Positions 15,895 through 25,788 of a stretch of DNA of 32,232 nucleotides are shown here, one piece after another. Source of the DNA: an uncultured Candidatus Saccharibacteria bacterium (GTDB lineage: Bacteria; Patescibacteriota; Minisyncoccia; UBA6257; UBA9933); the NCBI GenBank assembly GCA_964362385.1, contig CAYIEH010000003.1, positions 1 to 32,232 on the forward strand, in the 5' to 3' direction. Within the stretch, counting starts at the first letter, position 1. The number at the start of each line of letters is the position of its first letter. The notes under the pieces are model-generated. The model saw only the letters and a program-made list of their open reading frames with translations, was not told the DNA's origin and did no database searches. A program made the translations under genes and the position numbers.

Positions 15895-17718
15895 TTAAAT
15901 TGTTTTATTTTCAATTTCTTTTCCAATTTTTTCAATTAGTTTTTCAATCTTAATTTCGCCTTCCTGTCCGCGGCGGTAATGGCGCACGTTGACGGTTTTG
16001 TTTTGAATTTCTTTTTCGCCGACAATCAAGATATAAGGAATTTTTTGAAGTTCGGCGTTTCTAATTCTTTTTCCGAGAGTTTCGTTGGTCACGCTAATCT
16101 CGGCGCGGATGTTATTGTTTTTTAATTCCTTTAAAACTCGTCTGCCGTAATCTTCGTGTTTTTCGCTTATGGGAATAATTTTTGTCTGTATCGGCGAGAG
16201 CCAGACCGGAAGTTCGCCAGAGGTTTTTTCCAATAAAAACGCAAAGAATCTTTCAAAAGACCCGAAAATCGCGCGATGGATAATAACCGGCGGTTTTTCT
16301 TTTCCGTCTTTATCAATGTAAGCCAATTCAAATTTCGGAGCGGAATAATAATCAACCTGAATGGTGGCGATTGATTCTTCTTTGCCGTGGATATTTTTTA
16401 TCTGGACATCTATTTTCGGACCGTAAAAGGAAGCTTCCCCGACAGCTTCAACAAATTTCAAATTCAGCTTGTTTAAAGTTTTTCGCAAAGCGTCGGCGCC
16501 TTCTTCCCACATTTTTTTGTTTTTGATATCGCCGAACTTTCCTTTGTTTTTTCCACCAGAGGCGGATCCGCCTTGGGCGGAAAAATCCGGAAGCGACAAT
16601 CTGAACCAATAATTCGAGATATCAAAATCATCGTACACTTTTTTATGGATATTCAGGATATTCGCAATTTCTTCCTCTAATTTTTCAGGAGTCGTATAGA
16701 TGTGGGCGTCGTTTTGGGTGAATCCGCGCACGCGGATAAGTCCGCTTAAAACGCCTGATCGCTCATATCTGTAGACATTCCCGAATTCGGCGATTCTTAA
16801 AGGCAAATCCTTATGACTTCTTATTTGATGCTTATAAATTGAATGGTGATGCGGACAATTCATCGGCCTTAAATAATATTTCTCGCCTTCAATTTCTATC
16901 GGCGCGTACATGTCTTCTTTATAATGGGCAAGATGGCCGGAGGTTTTGTATAGATTTTCTTTTGCCAGAATCGGGGTAATGACGTGAAGATAACCGTTGT
17001 CCTTTTCAACGGCGTAAATGTATTCTTCCAAAAGATGCCTGATGAAATATCCCTTGGGCAGCCACAAAGGAAGTCCCTTGCCGATTTTTTCGTCAATCAT
17101 AAACAGGTCTAATTTTTCTCCCAAAATTCTGTGGTCGCGCTTTTCAATTTCTTCCTGAAGTTTCAGATAATCGTCCAGCTCTTTTTTTGTTTCAAAAGAC
17201 ACGCCGTAAATTCGGGTGAGCATCAGGTTTTTTTCAGAACCCTTCCAATAGGCGCCGGCGATTCTGGTTAATTTAAAGGCGTCAGGATTTATTTCTTTGG
17301 TTGATTTTATGTGGGGTCCGGCGCATAAATCTATAAACGCGGATTCACGCAGATTTGACGCAGATTTACGCGGATCTAATGTTTCGTAAATTGATATTTT
17401 TTCTTTTGCTTCGTTTAGTTCTTTTATCAGTTCCAGTTTATAGGGCTGTTTTTGGAATATTTTTTTGGCTTCAGCAGGGGATACGGTTTCTTTTTTGAAT
17501 TTTAAGTCCTGTTTAATCAATTCTCGCATCTGTTTTTCTAAATCAGTAAGTCCCTCCTTCGCCAAGGCTTCGGCGGGCAAAGCAAAATCATAGTAGAATC
17601 CGTTTTCTATCGTCGGGCCGATACCCAATTTGGCTTTGGGAAATTTTTCCAACACCGCCATCGCAAGCAAATGCGCCAGCGAATGCCGGATTTTTTCGAT
17701 GTTTTGAAATTTATTCAT
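15895..17718 (-). CDS. thrS: Threonine--tRNA ligase (lacks N-terminal TGS domain)
   Basis: RHSLAHLL, DLCAGPH, RDHR, PMNCP, RVRGFTQNDAH, FYGPK, IHRAIFGSFERF. Confidence 0.98.
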   Translation of the reverse strand: MNKFQNIEKIRHSLAHLLAMAVLEKFPKAKLGIGPTIENGFYYDFALPAEALAKEGLTDLEKQMRELIKQDLKFKKETVSPAEAKKIFQKQPYKLELIKELNEAKEKISIYETLDPRKSASNLRESAFIDLCAGPHIKSTKEINPDAFKLTRIAGAYWKGSEKNLMLTRIYGVSFETKKELDDYLKLQEEIEKRDHRILGEKLDLFMIDEKIGKGLPLWLPKGYFIRHLLEEYIYAVEKDNGYLHVITPILAKENLYKTSGHLAHYKEDMYAPIEIEGEKYYLRPMNCPHHHSIYKHQIRSHKDLPLRIAEFGNVYRYERSGVLSGLIRVRGFTQNDAHIYTTPEKLEEEIANILNIHKKVYDDFDISNYWFRLSLPDFSAQGGSASGGKNKGKFGDIKNKKMWEEGADALRKTLNKLNLKFVEAVGEASFYGPKIDVQIKNIHGKEESIATIQVDYYSAPKFELAYIDKDGKEKPPVIIHRAIFGSFERFFAFLLEKTSGELPVWLSPIQTKIIPISEKHEDYGRRVLKELKNNNIRAEISVTNETLGKRIRNAELQKIPYILIVGEKEIQNKTVNVRHYRRGQEGEIKIEKLIEKIGKEIENKTI

Positions 17719-17802
17719 TGATTTTTTAAGTTAAGATGTTATTATATTTATAATATATTTATTTAAATTTGTAAAAAAATAAATAAGGAAGGGAGAAAAA
17801 AT

Positions 17803-18015
17803 ATGGACGTAAGGAAAGGATTTGAGGAATGGTATAACAAAAGGCCAAGATGTTTTGCTGAACATCAATCTAAAAATTCAATGGAAGCAGGGTTTACAGG
17901 CGGGGTAGAATTTTGCGAAAGAAAATTGCAAACACAAATAGCGTTGTTGATGGAAAAAAATGAATTATCAAAGGAGGTAAAAGAAATATTAATCAATTTA
18001 TTGGTTTTAGAGTAG
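17803..18015 (+). CDS. Small hypothetical protein
   Basis: 70 aa, AAGGGAG SD, TATAAT upstream, terminator-like hairpin at ~18045-18080. Confidence 0.5.
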   Translation: MDVRKGFEEWYNKRPRCFAEHQSKNSMEAGFTGGVEFCERKLQTQIALLMEKNELSKEVKEILINLLVLE

Positions 18016-18103
18016 GAAACAAGCAAGCAGAGGTAATAATTTTAGGATTGCGCGTTGAAATACCGAGCAACCCTTTTTATTTTCTAGTCGCTATTGGCTA
18101 ATT

Positions 18104-21100
18104 TTATGCCAGTTCCACCGCACTTTGGCAGATAAATTTCGGCTCGCTGTCTTTCCAAGACAAACGGCCTTCAGCCATTAAAAGATTGTTTTCCCGCCAA
18201 AGAGACGGATTTTTTGAAAAAGTGTCGGTAAAAACAATCATTTCCAGGCCGTCGTTGAAGTCTTCCAGTTTTGCGAAAAGCATCGGTTTGCCGGTTTTAG
18301 TGACGATTTTTTGGATTTTTGTAAGCACTCCGGCAATGCGCCAATTTCCATTGCCATTTTGGCCATTGCTTATTAAATCTTTTATGGACTTCACTTTATT
18401 CATCGTCAATTTGAATCCGTAATCTTTTAGAGGATGATCGGAAATATAGAGACCAAGAAGTTCTTTTTCCCACGCCAACTTTTCTTTTTTGGAAATCAAG
18501 GCTGACGATTCTTTAAGATTTAATTTATGATTTGAATAATTGCTTCCAAAAAGATTATTTTGGCCGTTTTGGGAAGACTGGTCTTTTTTAAGGCCTTGGC
18601 TGTAGCGCAGAAGCTCTTCCAAATTGGCGAGCAGTTTTCCTCTGTCGGCGTCTAATGAATCAAGCACCCCGGCTTTTATCAAACTTTCCAGCGATTTTTT
18701 ATTTAAGTCTTTGTGGCGGACGCGGTTTAAGAAGTCGGCGATGTTTTCAAAAGGTCCGCCGCGCTGTCTTTCTTCTATAATCGCGCTGACAATATTGCCG
18801 CCGACATTTTTTATCGCCAAAAGCCCGAAGCGGATATTTTTGTCTTCCGGAGCGAAGTTTGCGAAACTTTTATTGATGTCCGGCGCCAAAACCGCAATTC
18901 CCATTTTTTTAACCTCGCCGATTAAAAATGAAATTCGTTCAACATCGCCGTTGTCGGCGTTAAAAAGAGAAGTCGCGAATTCAATCGGATAGCGCGCTTT
19001 CAGATATGCCGTCTGATAAGCAATCAGCGCGTAGCAAGCGGCATGGGAACGGTTGAATCCGTATTTGGCAAACGGCGGGAATAATTCCCAAATTTCTTTG
19101 GCGATTTTTTCGTCAATTCCGTTTTTAATCATTCCGCTTATTAATTTTTCTTTTTGGGCGTTTAAAAGCTCTTTGATTTTTTTGCCGATGGCTTTTCTTA
19201 ATGTGTCGGCTTCGGCCAATGTAAAGCCGGCCAAATCCCTCGCGATTCTCATCATTTGTTCCTGATAAACTCCGATGCCGTAAGTATTTTTAAGGATTGG
19301 CTCAAGTTTCGGGTGAATGTAAGAAACTTTTTCCTTTCCGTATTTTCTTTTTATGTACTGAGGGATAAGTTCCATTGGTCCCGGCCGATACAAAGCAACC
19401 ATCGCGATAATGTCTTCAAATTCAGTCGGTTTTAATTCCTTGAGATAGTGTCTCATTCCGCTTGATTCTAATTGGAAGACACCCGTAGTTTCTCCTTCTT
19501 TTAAAATATTAAAAGCTTTCTCGTCATCTAAAGGAATTTCAGAAATTTTTAGGAATTCATTTTTTTCATCCCTGATTAACTTCAAAGTTTCTTCTATAAT
19601 CGTCAGATTTCTTAGTCCCAGAAAATCCATTTTCAAGAGTCCCAAATCTTCAATGCTATGCATTTCAAATTGGGTAATAATAATATCTTCGTTTTGCGGA
19701 GCTTTTTGGAGAGGAACAAAATTTGTCAGAGGTTCGGGAGCAATCACCAATCCGCAGGCATGGACTGACGCATGTCTTGCCACGCCTTCCAAATGCCTTG
19801 CGGCGTCTATGAGCTTTTTGGCGTCAGAATTGTCCTTATAAAGCTGGCTTAATTCGGCAACGTGCTTTAATGACGCGCCTAAATTAAGGGCGGGCGGAAT
19901 AAGCTTGGCGATCTGATCGCCAAGACCATAAGAAAATCCCATGGCCCTTCCGGCGTCTCTGATAGCGGCTCTGGCAGCCATAGTTCCAAAAGTGATTATC
20001 TGAGCTACTTTATCTTCGCCGTATTTTTGCCTGACGTAACTGAAAATTTCATCGCGTCTCGTATCGGTAAAATCAATATCAATATCGGGCATTTGGATGC
20101 GATCTGGGTTTAAGAATCTTTCAAAAAGAAGTTCGTATTTTAAAGGGTCAACGTCTGTAATTCCCAAAACATAAGAAACCAAACTGCCGGCCGCCGACCC
20201 TCGGCCAGGACCGACAACAATGCCGTGGCTTTTTGCCCAGCTGACAATGTCTTGAACGATTAAAAAGTAATCGGCGAATCCGGTTTTTTTAATGACATCT
20301 AATTCGTAATTTAATCTTTCCAGAATATTGCCGTTGGCTCCGGAGAATTTCTGGCCAAATTTTTCCCGGACAATTTTTTCCAAATAAGAAGTAGTTGTTT
20401 CGCCTTCGGGAATTGAAAATTTCGGCAAACGGATTTGATTTAAATTCAATTTAACATTGCAACGTTCGGCGATTTTAACCGTGTTTTCAACCGCTTCAGG
20501 AAATTCTTTAAAGGCGCTTATCATATCATCGGGCGATTTCATTGAAAAATCATCCACCCTTAAAGTCAGCCTGTCGTCATCGTCAATTTTGTTTCCGGTT
20601 TGAACCGCGAGCAGGATGTCGTGGTATTCCGCGTCTTCGGATTTCGCATAGTGAATATCCTGCGTGGCTACCAGGGGAACGTTTAATTTTTTGCTTAATC
20701 CGATTATTTCCTTATTAACTTTTTCAACTTCTTTAATGTTCGGGTGAAAACCGATTTCCAAGAAAAAATTTCCAGGACCAAAAATTTCCCGGTATTCTTT
20801 TACAACCTCCTCGGCTTTTTTGAGATCTCCGTTTAAAATTAATTGAGAAATTTCTCCGCCCAAACATCCGGAGAGTGCGATCAATCCCCCGGAATGATTT
20901 CTGAGAAGTTCTTTATCGATTCTCGGTTTGTAATAAAATCCTTCAAGATGAGCTTTGGTTGAAAGTTGGATAAGATTTTTCCAACCAGCTTCATTTTCAG
21001 AAAGCAGAGTTAAATGAAAATAATTTTCTTTTGTCCGTCCTCCGTTGGCTGTCCGATGCGGAACAGAATGATTATTATTTTTTGAAAGTTGTTTTTCAAA

Positions 21101-21322
21101 GCGGCTGTTGATAGCCACGTAAGCTTCCATTCCTAAAATCGGCTTAATGCCGGCTTTAACGGCTTTTTTATAAAATTCAACAGCGCCGTAAAGATTCCCG
21201 TGATCCGTTAAAGCCAGCGCATCCATCTTCAACTCCAAAGCTCTATTTATCAAATCATCAATTTTGGCTAATCCGTCCAAAAGAGAATAATGCGAATGAG
21301 TGTGAAGATGAATAAATTTCAT
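18104..21322 (-). CDS. dnaE: DNA polymerase III alpha subunit
   Basis: PHP domain HLHTHSHYSLLDG, GRGSAAGS, PDIDIDF, YGFNRSH. Confidence 0.99.
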   Translation of the reverse strand: MKFIHLHTHSHYSLLDGLAKIDDLINRALELKMDALALTDHGNLYGAVEFYKKAVKAGIKPILGMEAYVAINSRFEKQLSKNNNHSVPHRTANGGRTKENYFHLTLLSENEAGWKNLIQLSTKAHLEGFYYKPRIDKELLRNHSGGLIALSGCLGGEISQLILNGDLKKAEEVVKEYREIFGPGNFFLEIGFHPNIKEVEKVNKEIIGLSKKLNVPLVATQDIHYAKSEDAEYHDILLAVQTGNKIDDDDRLTLRVDDFSMKSPDDMISAFKEFPEAVENTVKIAERCNVKLNLNQIRLPKFSIPEGETTTSYLEKIVREKFGQKFSGANGNILERLNYELDVIKKTGFADYFLIVQDIVSWAKSHGIVVGPGRGSAAGSLVSYVLGITDVDPLKYELLFERFLNPDRIQMPDIDIDFTDTRRDEIFSYVRQKYGEDKVAQIITFGTMAARAAIRDAGRAMGFSYGLGDQIAKLIPPALNLGASLKHVAELSQLYKDNSDAKKLIDAARHLEGVARHASVHACGLVIAPEPLTNFVPLQKAPQNEDIIITQFEMHSIEDLGLLKMDFLGLRNLTIIEETLKLIRDEKNEFLKISEIPLDDEKAFNILKEGETTGVFQLESSGMRHYLKELKPTEFEDIIAMVALYRPGPMELIPQYIKRKYGKEKVSYIHPKLEPILKNTYGIGVYQEQMMRIARDLAGFTLAEADTLRKAIGKKIKELLNAQKEKLISGMIKNGIDEKIAKEIWELFPPFAKYGFNRSHAACYALIAYQTAYLKARYPIEFATSLFNADNGDVERISFLIGEVKKMGIAVLAPDINKSFANFAPEDKNIRFGLLAIKNVGGNIVSAIIEERQRGGPFENIADFLNRVRHKDLNKKSLESLIKAGVLDSLDADRGKLLANLEELLRYSQGLKKDQSSQNGQNNLFGSNYSNHKLNLKESSALISKKEKLAWEKELLGLYISDHPLKDYGFKLTMNKVKSIKDLISNGQNGNGNWRIAGVLTKIQKIVTKTGKPMLFAKLEDFNDGLEMIVFTDTFSKNPSLWRENNLLMAEGRLSWKDSEPKFICQSAVELA

Positions 21323-21507
21323 AATGAGTTTAAAATTATTAGAATCCCGCGTTCAACGATATTATAAATCACAAATATTAAAAATCCAAAACATGCTATC
21401 ATGAGAATTTTTCATTCAGTCAAGGATAAAGCGCGCCAGTTGGTTTAATAAGCGGTATAAATGGCAACTGTCTTGATTTTCTCGGGAAAGTCTGCTATTT
21501 TTAACGA

Positions 21508-21774
21508 ATGCTTACAAAACGTCAAAAACAGAATATTTTAAAAGAATTCCAAATACACGAAAAAGACACGGGATCGGCAAAAATTCAGATTGCTTTGCTT
21601 ACCAGGCAGATTTCCGAGCTGTCTGACCATCTTAAAAAGCATTCCAAGGACAATCATTCGCGAAGGGGCCTTTTAAAAATGGTTGGAAAGAGAAAAAAAT
21701 TGCTTAAGTATCTAGCTCAAACTGACGAGAAGGAATATGATAAAGCAATTAAAAAATTAGGATTAAAAAAATAA
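21508..21774 (+). CDS. rpsO: 30S ribosomal protein S15
   Basis: [27 protein letters not shown]. Confidence 0.98.
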   Translation: MLTKRQKQNILKEFQIHEKDTGSAKIQIALLTRQISELSDHLKKHSKDNHSRRGLLKMVGKRKKLLKYLAQTDEKEYDKAIKKLGLKK

Positions 21775-21830
21775 AAAGCTTGGCCCAAGAGCGCGAGTTC
21801 GCCGAGGCGGACGAAGCGCGATTGGTTGCC

Positions 21831-21962
21831 AAACCTTTACCTTCCCAAATTTTTGTCTCAGATTATCTATTTCAGCGCGTAAGAAGACGAAGTCGCGCCT
21901 TCGGCTCTGATTAGGTAATATTTCAAATCTGGAATAAAATTTAGGCGGGTGCTCAATGTTGT
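21831..21962 (+). repeat. ~132-bp dispersed repeat, copy 2 (downstream of rpsO)
   Basis: Nearly identical to the reverse complement of 10183-10314. Confidence 0.92.
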
Positions 21963-22011
21963 AATAATTTTATTTCAGCATTGAGCTTCATAAAATTATT
22001 ACAACATTGGC

Positions 22012-22518
22012 ATGCGACACAAAGATCAAAGAATCGGAATCTTCATTGATGTCCAAAATTTATACCATTCGGCGAAAAATTTTTACCACGGACGAGTAAA
22101 TTATCGGGAACTTATTAAAAATCTGGTTGCTTCCCGGCATTTAATAAGAGCTTTGGGTTATGTGGTGAAGAGCGAATCTCTTGAAGCAACCGGCGAGGCG
22201 TCTTTTTTCGAAGCCTTGGAAAACGCCGGCATTGATTTAAGAATAAAAGATTTGCAAATTTTTGCCGGCGGCATTAAAAAAGCCGATTGGGATGTCGGTA
22301 TGGCCGTTGACGCGATCAGAATGGCGGATTTTTTGGATGTTATTATTTTAGCAACCGGAGACGGCGATTTTATTCCTTTGGTTGAATATCTTAAATGGGG
22401 TAAGGGAAGAATTGTTGAAGTCGCCGCTTTCGGAAGAAACACCTCGGCTAAATTAAAAGAAGTGGCCGACACTTTCATTGATTTGGAAAAAATACCGAGA
22501 GTGATACTTAAAAAATAA
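22012..22518 (+). CDS. NYN domain protein (LabA/DUF88)
   Basis: FIDVQN, K.DWDVGMAVD, TGDGDF.PL, S..L...AD.FIDL. Confidence 0.92.
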   Translation: MRHKDQRIGIFIDVQNLYHSAKNFYHGRVNYRELIKNLVASRHLIRALGYVVKSESLEATGEASFFEALENAGIDLRIKDLQIFAGGIKKADWDVGMAVDAIRMADFLDVIILATGDGDFIPLVEYLKWGKGRIVEVAAFGRNTSAKLKEVADTFIDLEKIPRVILKK

Positions 22519-22679
22519 AAAATCAAAATGACATTTTAAAAATAAAAATTTAAAGATAAAACAAATAATTATAAAAATCTTTCGCGGTGAGGATATACTA
22601 ATTCATACTAATGATACTGATGGATTTTATTCGTGTCATTCGTATGCATTCGTATATTGGTATCGCGTAAGCGTAGCGT

Positions 22680-24797
22680 ATGGAGTTAAACAAAAAAGAA
22701 TTTCAAATTGAATTTGCCGGCAAACCATTAAAGCTGACAATTTCTCAAATAGCGGAACAAGCCACTTCTGCGGTTATGGGTCAATACGGCGACACGGTTG
22801 TTTTGGTAACCGCGGTGATGGGCAAGGAAGACCGCGACATAGATTATTTTCCTTTGACGGTTGATTACGAGGAAAGGTTTTATGCCGCCGGAAAAATTAT
22901 CGGCAGCCGGTTCGTGCGCCGCGAGGGACGGCCTTCGGAAGAAGCAATTTTGTCCGGCAGAATGATTGACAGGACGCTTCGTCCTCTTTTTGACGGCAGA
23001 ATGCGCCGCGATGTCCAGATTGTGATTACGGTTCTTTCTTATGACGAGACGAATGACCCTGATTTTGTGTCCCTTTTTTCAGCTTCAACGGCGCTGGCTA
23101 TTTCGGAAATTCCCTGGCAGGGACCGGTGGCTGGCGTCAGATTGGCTAAATTGAAGAACGGAGAATTTATTATTAACCCTTCAAACCAGATACTGGGCGA
23201 CGCAGAAAACATCTATTTTGAGTCTTTTGTCAGCGGGACTGAAGATAAAATAAATATGGTGGAGTTCTCGGGAAAAGAGGCGCTGGAAAACGAAGTTGCC
23301 GAAGCTTTTGAAAATGCCCATAGTGAAACCAAAAAGCTGATTGAATTCCAGAAGGAAATTGTGCAGAAAATAGGCAAATCTAAAGCTGATGTTTTGTTGG
23401 CTGAAGCCGATTCTGACATTAAAAATAAAATTAAGGAATTTTTAAAAGACAAACTTGAAGCGGCTGTTTACGGCAAGGAAAAAACGGAACAGCACAAAAA
23501 AATTGACGAATTAAAATCCGCTCTTAAAGATTTTTTGGTTAAAGGCGGGACAGAAGATTTATCCAAAGTTGATTATGTGTTTGAAGAAGAAATTAACAAT
23601 CTTGTCCATAAGAATATTTTAGAAAAAGAAATGAGGCCTGACGGAAGAAAGCTTGACGAGGTCCGGCCGCTTTATGCCGAGACGGGATTATTTAAGCGCC
23701 TTCACGGCTCAGCGCTTTTTATCAGAGGCGGCACTCAAGCGCTGGCAGTAACCACCTTGGCGGCTCCGGGAGCCGAACAGTTAATTGAAACAATGGAAAT
23801 TTCTTACAAGCGCCGCTTCATGCTTCATTATAATTTTCCGCCGTACTCAACCGGAGAAACCGGAAGATTGGGATTTACCGGCAGGAGAGAAATCGGACAC
23901 GGCGCTTTGGCGGAAAAAGCCGTCAGGTCAATGATTCCTTCAAAAGAAGAATTTCCGTACACTATCAGAGTTGTTTCTGAAATATTGGCTTCAAACGGTT
24001 CTTCGTCTATGGCAACGGTTTGCGCCGCTTCAATGTCCTTGATGGATGCCGGCGTGCCGATAAAAAATGTTGTGGGAGGAATAGCAATGGGGCTCTTTGT
24101 TGAAAATCCGAAATCCGAAATCCGAAATCCGAAATATAAGATATTGACCGACATTCAAGGCCCGGAAGACCATTACGGCGATATGGATTGCAAAGTTGCC
24201 GGAACTAAAAATGGAATTACCGCCATTCAGATGGATGTTAAGGTTGACGGGGTTACTCCTCAAATGTTTAAGGAGGTTTTGGATCATGCCAAGAAAGCGC
24301 GCCTTGAAATTTTAGAAACCATAAATAAGGCGATTTCAAAACCGCGGGAAAAAGTCTCCGATTTTGCTCCGGTGATTATGACAATAGACATCCAGTCGGA
24401 ACAGATCGGCGAAGTCATCGGTCCCGGAGGCAAAATCATCAATGCGATTATTTCAGATACCGGCGTAACTTCCATAGATATTGAGCAAACCGGACGTGTG
24501 TTTGTCGCAGGGCCGGATTCTAAAAAAGTCCAGGCCGCCATTGACACGGTAAAGGGCATTACCAAGGAATTCAGACCGGGCGAAATCGTGGAGGGTCAGG
24601 TTATAAAAATTTTGGAATTCGGGGCAATCGTTGATTTGGGAAACGGCAGAGACGGAATGATTCACGTGTCCGAACTCAAGGAAGGATTTGTCAAAAAAGT
24701 GGAGGATGTAGTCAAGATTGGAGATTTTATAAGAGCCAAGGTTATTAAAGTGGAAAATGGAAAGATAGGATTGTCATTGAAAGCGGCACGCGAATAG
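22680..24797 (+). CDS. pnp: Polyribonucleotide nucleotidyltransferase
   Basis: RREGRP, RREIGHG, SNGSSSMA, TDI...ED..GDMD; KH and S1 domains. Confidence 0.99.
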   Translation: MELNKKEFQIEFAGKPLKLTISQIAEQATSAVMGQYGDTVVLVTAVMGKEDRDIDYFPLTVDYEERFYAAGKIIGSRFVRREGRPSEEAILSGRMIDRTLRPLFDGRMRRDVQIVITVLSYDETNDPDFVSLFSASTALAISEIPWQGPVAGVRLAKLKNGEFIINPSNQILGDAENIYFESFVSGTEDKINMVEFSGKEALENEVAEAFENAHSETKKLIEFQKEIVQKIGKSKADVLLAEADSDIKNKIKEFLKDKLEAAVYGKEKTEQHKKIDELKSALKDFLVKGGTEDLSKVDYVFEEEINNLVHKNILEKEMRPDGRKLDEVRPLYAETGLFKRLHGSALFIRGGTQALAVTTLAAPGAEQLIETMEISYKRRFMLHYNFPPYSTGETGRLGFTGRREIGHGALAEKAVRSMIPSKEEFPYTIRVVSEILASNGSSSMATVCAASMSLMDAGVPIKNVVGGIAMGLFVENPKSEIRNPKYKILTDIQGPEDHYGDMDCKVAGTKNGITAIQMDVKVDGVTPQMFKEVLDHAKKARLEILETINKAISKPREKVSDFAPVIMTIDIQSEQIGEVIGPGGKIINAIISDTGVTSIDIEQTGRVFVAGPDSKKVQAAIDTVKGITKEFRPGEIVEGQVIKILEFGAIVDLGNGRDGMIHVSELKEGFVKKVEDVVKIGDFIRAKVIKVENGKIGLSLKAARE

Positions 24798-24864
24798 CGC
24801 ACTACGAATGCGCCCACGCGAATAAACATTCGTAAATTCGTGTGTTATTTGTAATTAGTGTCGC

Positions 24865-25119
24865 TTATTTCAGTAATTTGCTTAATCTTGATTTCAGCCT
24901 TGAAGCCTTATTCTTTTTGATTAAATTGACTTTCGCCGTTTTGTCCAGTTTTTTATAAACTTGCGATAAATATTTTTTGGCTTCTTCTTTTTTGCTTTCA
25001 GTAATCAATTTTTTGTATTGTTTAATAACCGCTTTTAATTCGGTTTTTACTTTAATATTTTTTTTTCTCCTTTTGATATTTTGGCGCAAAGCCTTTTTCG
25101 CTGATTTTATTTTTGGCAT
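24865..25119 (-). CDS. rpsT: 30S ribosomal protein S20
   Basis: MP.IKSAKK..RQ, I.KNKASR.KSRL. Confidence 0.95.
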   Translation of the reverse strand: MPKIKSAKKALRQNIKRRKKNIKVKTELKAVIKQYKKLITESKKEEAKKYLSQVYKKLDKTAKVNLIKKNKASRLKSRLSKLLK

Positions 25120-25209
25120 GCCGATAAATAGAATTTAGAATATAGAACTTAGAATATAGGAGACGACTTTTAATGTCAATGATTTTGAAATATAATAACT
25201 ACCACATTT

Positions 25210-25788
25210 ATGATTTACTCTTTATCGGGAAAACTCATTGTTAAAAAGCCACAGTTTGTCGTTGTTGAAGTCAATGGAATCGGATTTAAGGTTTTTGCGT
25301 CAACAAGGACTTTAAAGAATATCCCAAAAATCAATTCAAAAATAAAACTTTTTTGTTCGTTTCGCGTTCGCCAGGAAATGCCGGAAATTTACGGATTTTT
25401 TGACGAAAAAGAATTGGAAATTTTTGAATTGCTTAATTCTATCAGCGGAGTCGGCCCAAAGTCGGCATTGGGAATTTTGAGCAAGCTCAAAATAGAAAAA
25501 TTGCTTCATGCCATAAATCAAGGCAGGGCTGACGCAATTTCCGCGAGTTGGGGAATAGGAAAAAAGAAGGCCGAACGGATTGTTTTGGAACTTAAAGACA
25601 AAATTAAAAAATCAGCTTTTTCCGGCGACGCCGACACCTTTGATTCGGACAAGGATATAAAATCAGCCCTGAAAAATCTTGGGTATAAACAAAAGGAAAT
25701 TGAAGAAGCGCTTGAACAAATTCCTCCAAAAATAAAAAAAACCGAGGATAGATTAAAAACAGTCATCAAATTTCTTTCTAAAGGGTAA
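25210..25788 (+). CDS. ruvA: Holliday junction branch migration protein RuvA
   Basis: MI..L.G, VNGIGF, YGF, ISGVGPKSA, GIGKK.AERIVLELK, ALKNLGY. Confidence 0.96.
   Translation: MIYSLSGKLIVKKPQFVVVEVNGIGFKVFASTRTLKNIPKINSKIKLFCSFRVRQEMPEIYGFFDEKELEIFELLNSISGVGPKSALGILSKLKIEKLLHAINQGRADAISASWGIGKKKAERIVLELKDKIKKSAFSGDADTFDSDKDIKSALKNLGYKQKEIEEALEQIPPKIKKTEDRLKTVIKFLSKG

Noticed and set aside
18104-21322. Intein or intron in dnaE
   Set aside because: Length is normal (1072 aa) and no intein motifs were seen; only a short insertion (NNNHSVPHRTANGGRT) whose origin I cannot support
21323-21507. Replication origin at the switch from mostly minus-strand to mostly plus-strand genes
   Set aside because: No DnaA-box (TTATCCACA) cluster or dnaA/dnaN nearby; consistent with ordinary divergent promoters
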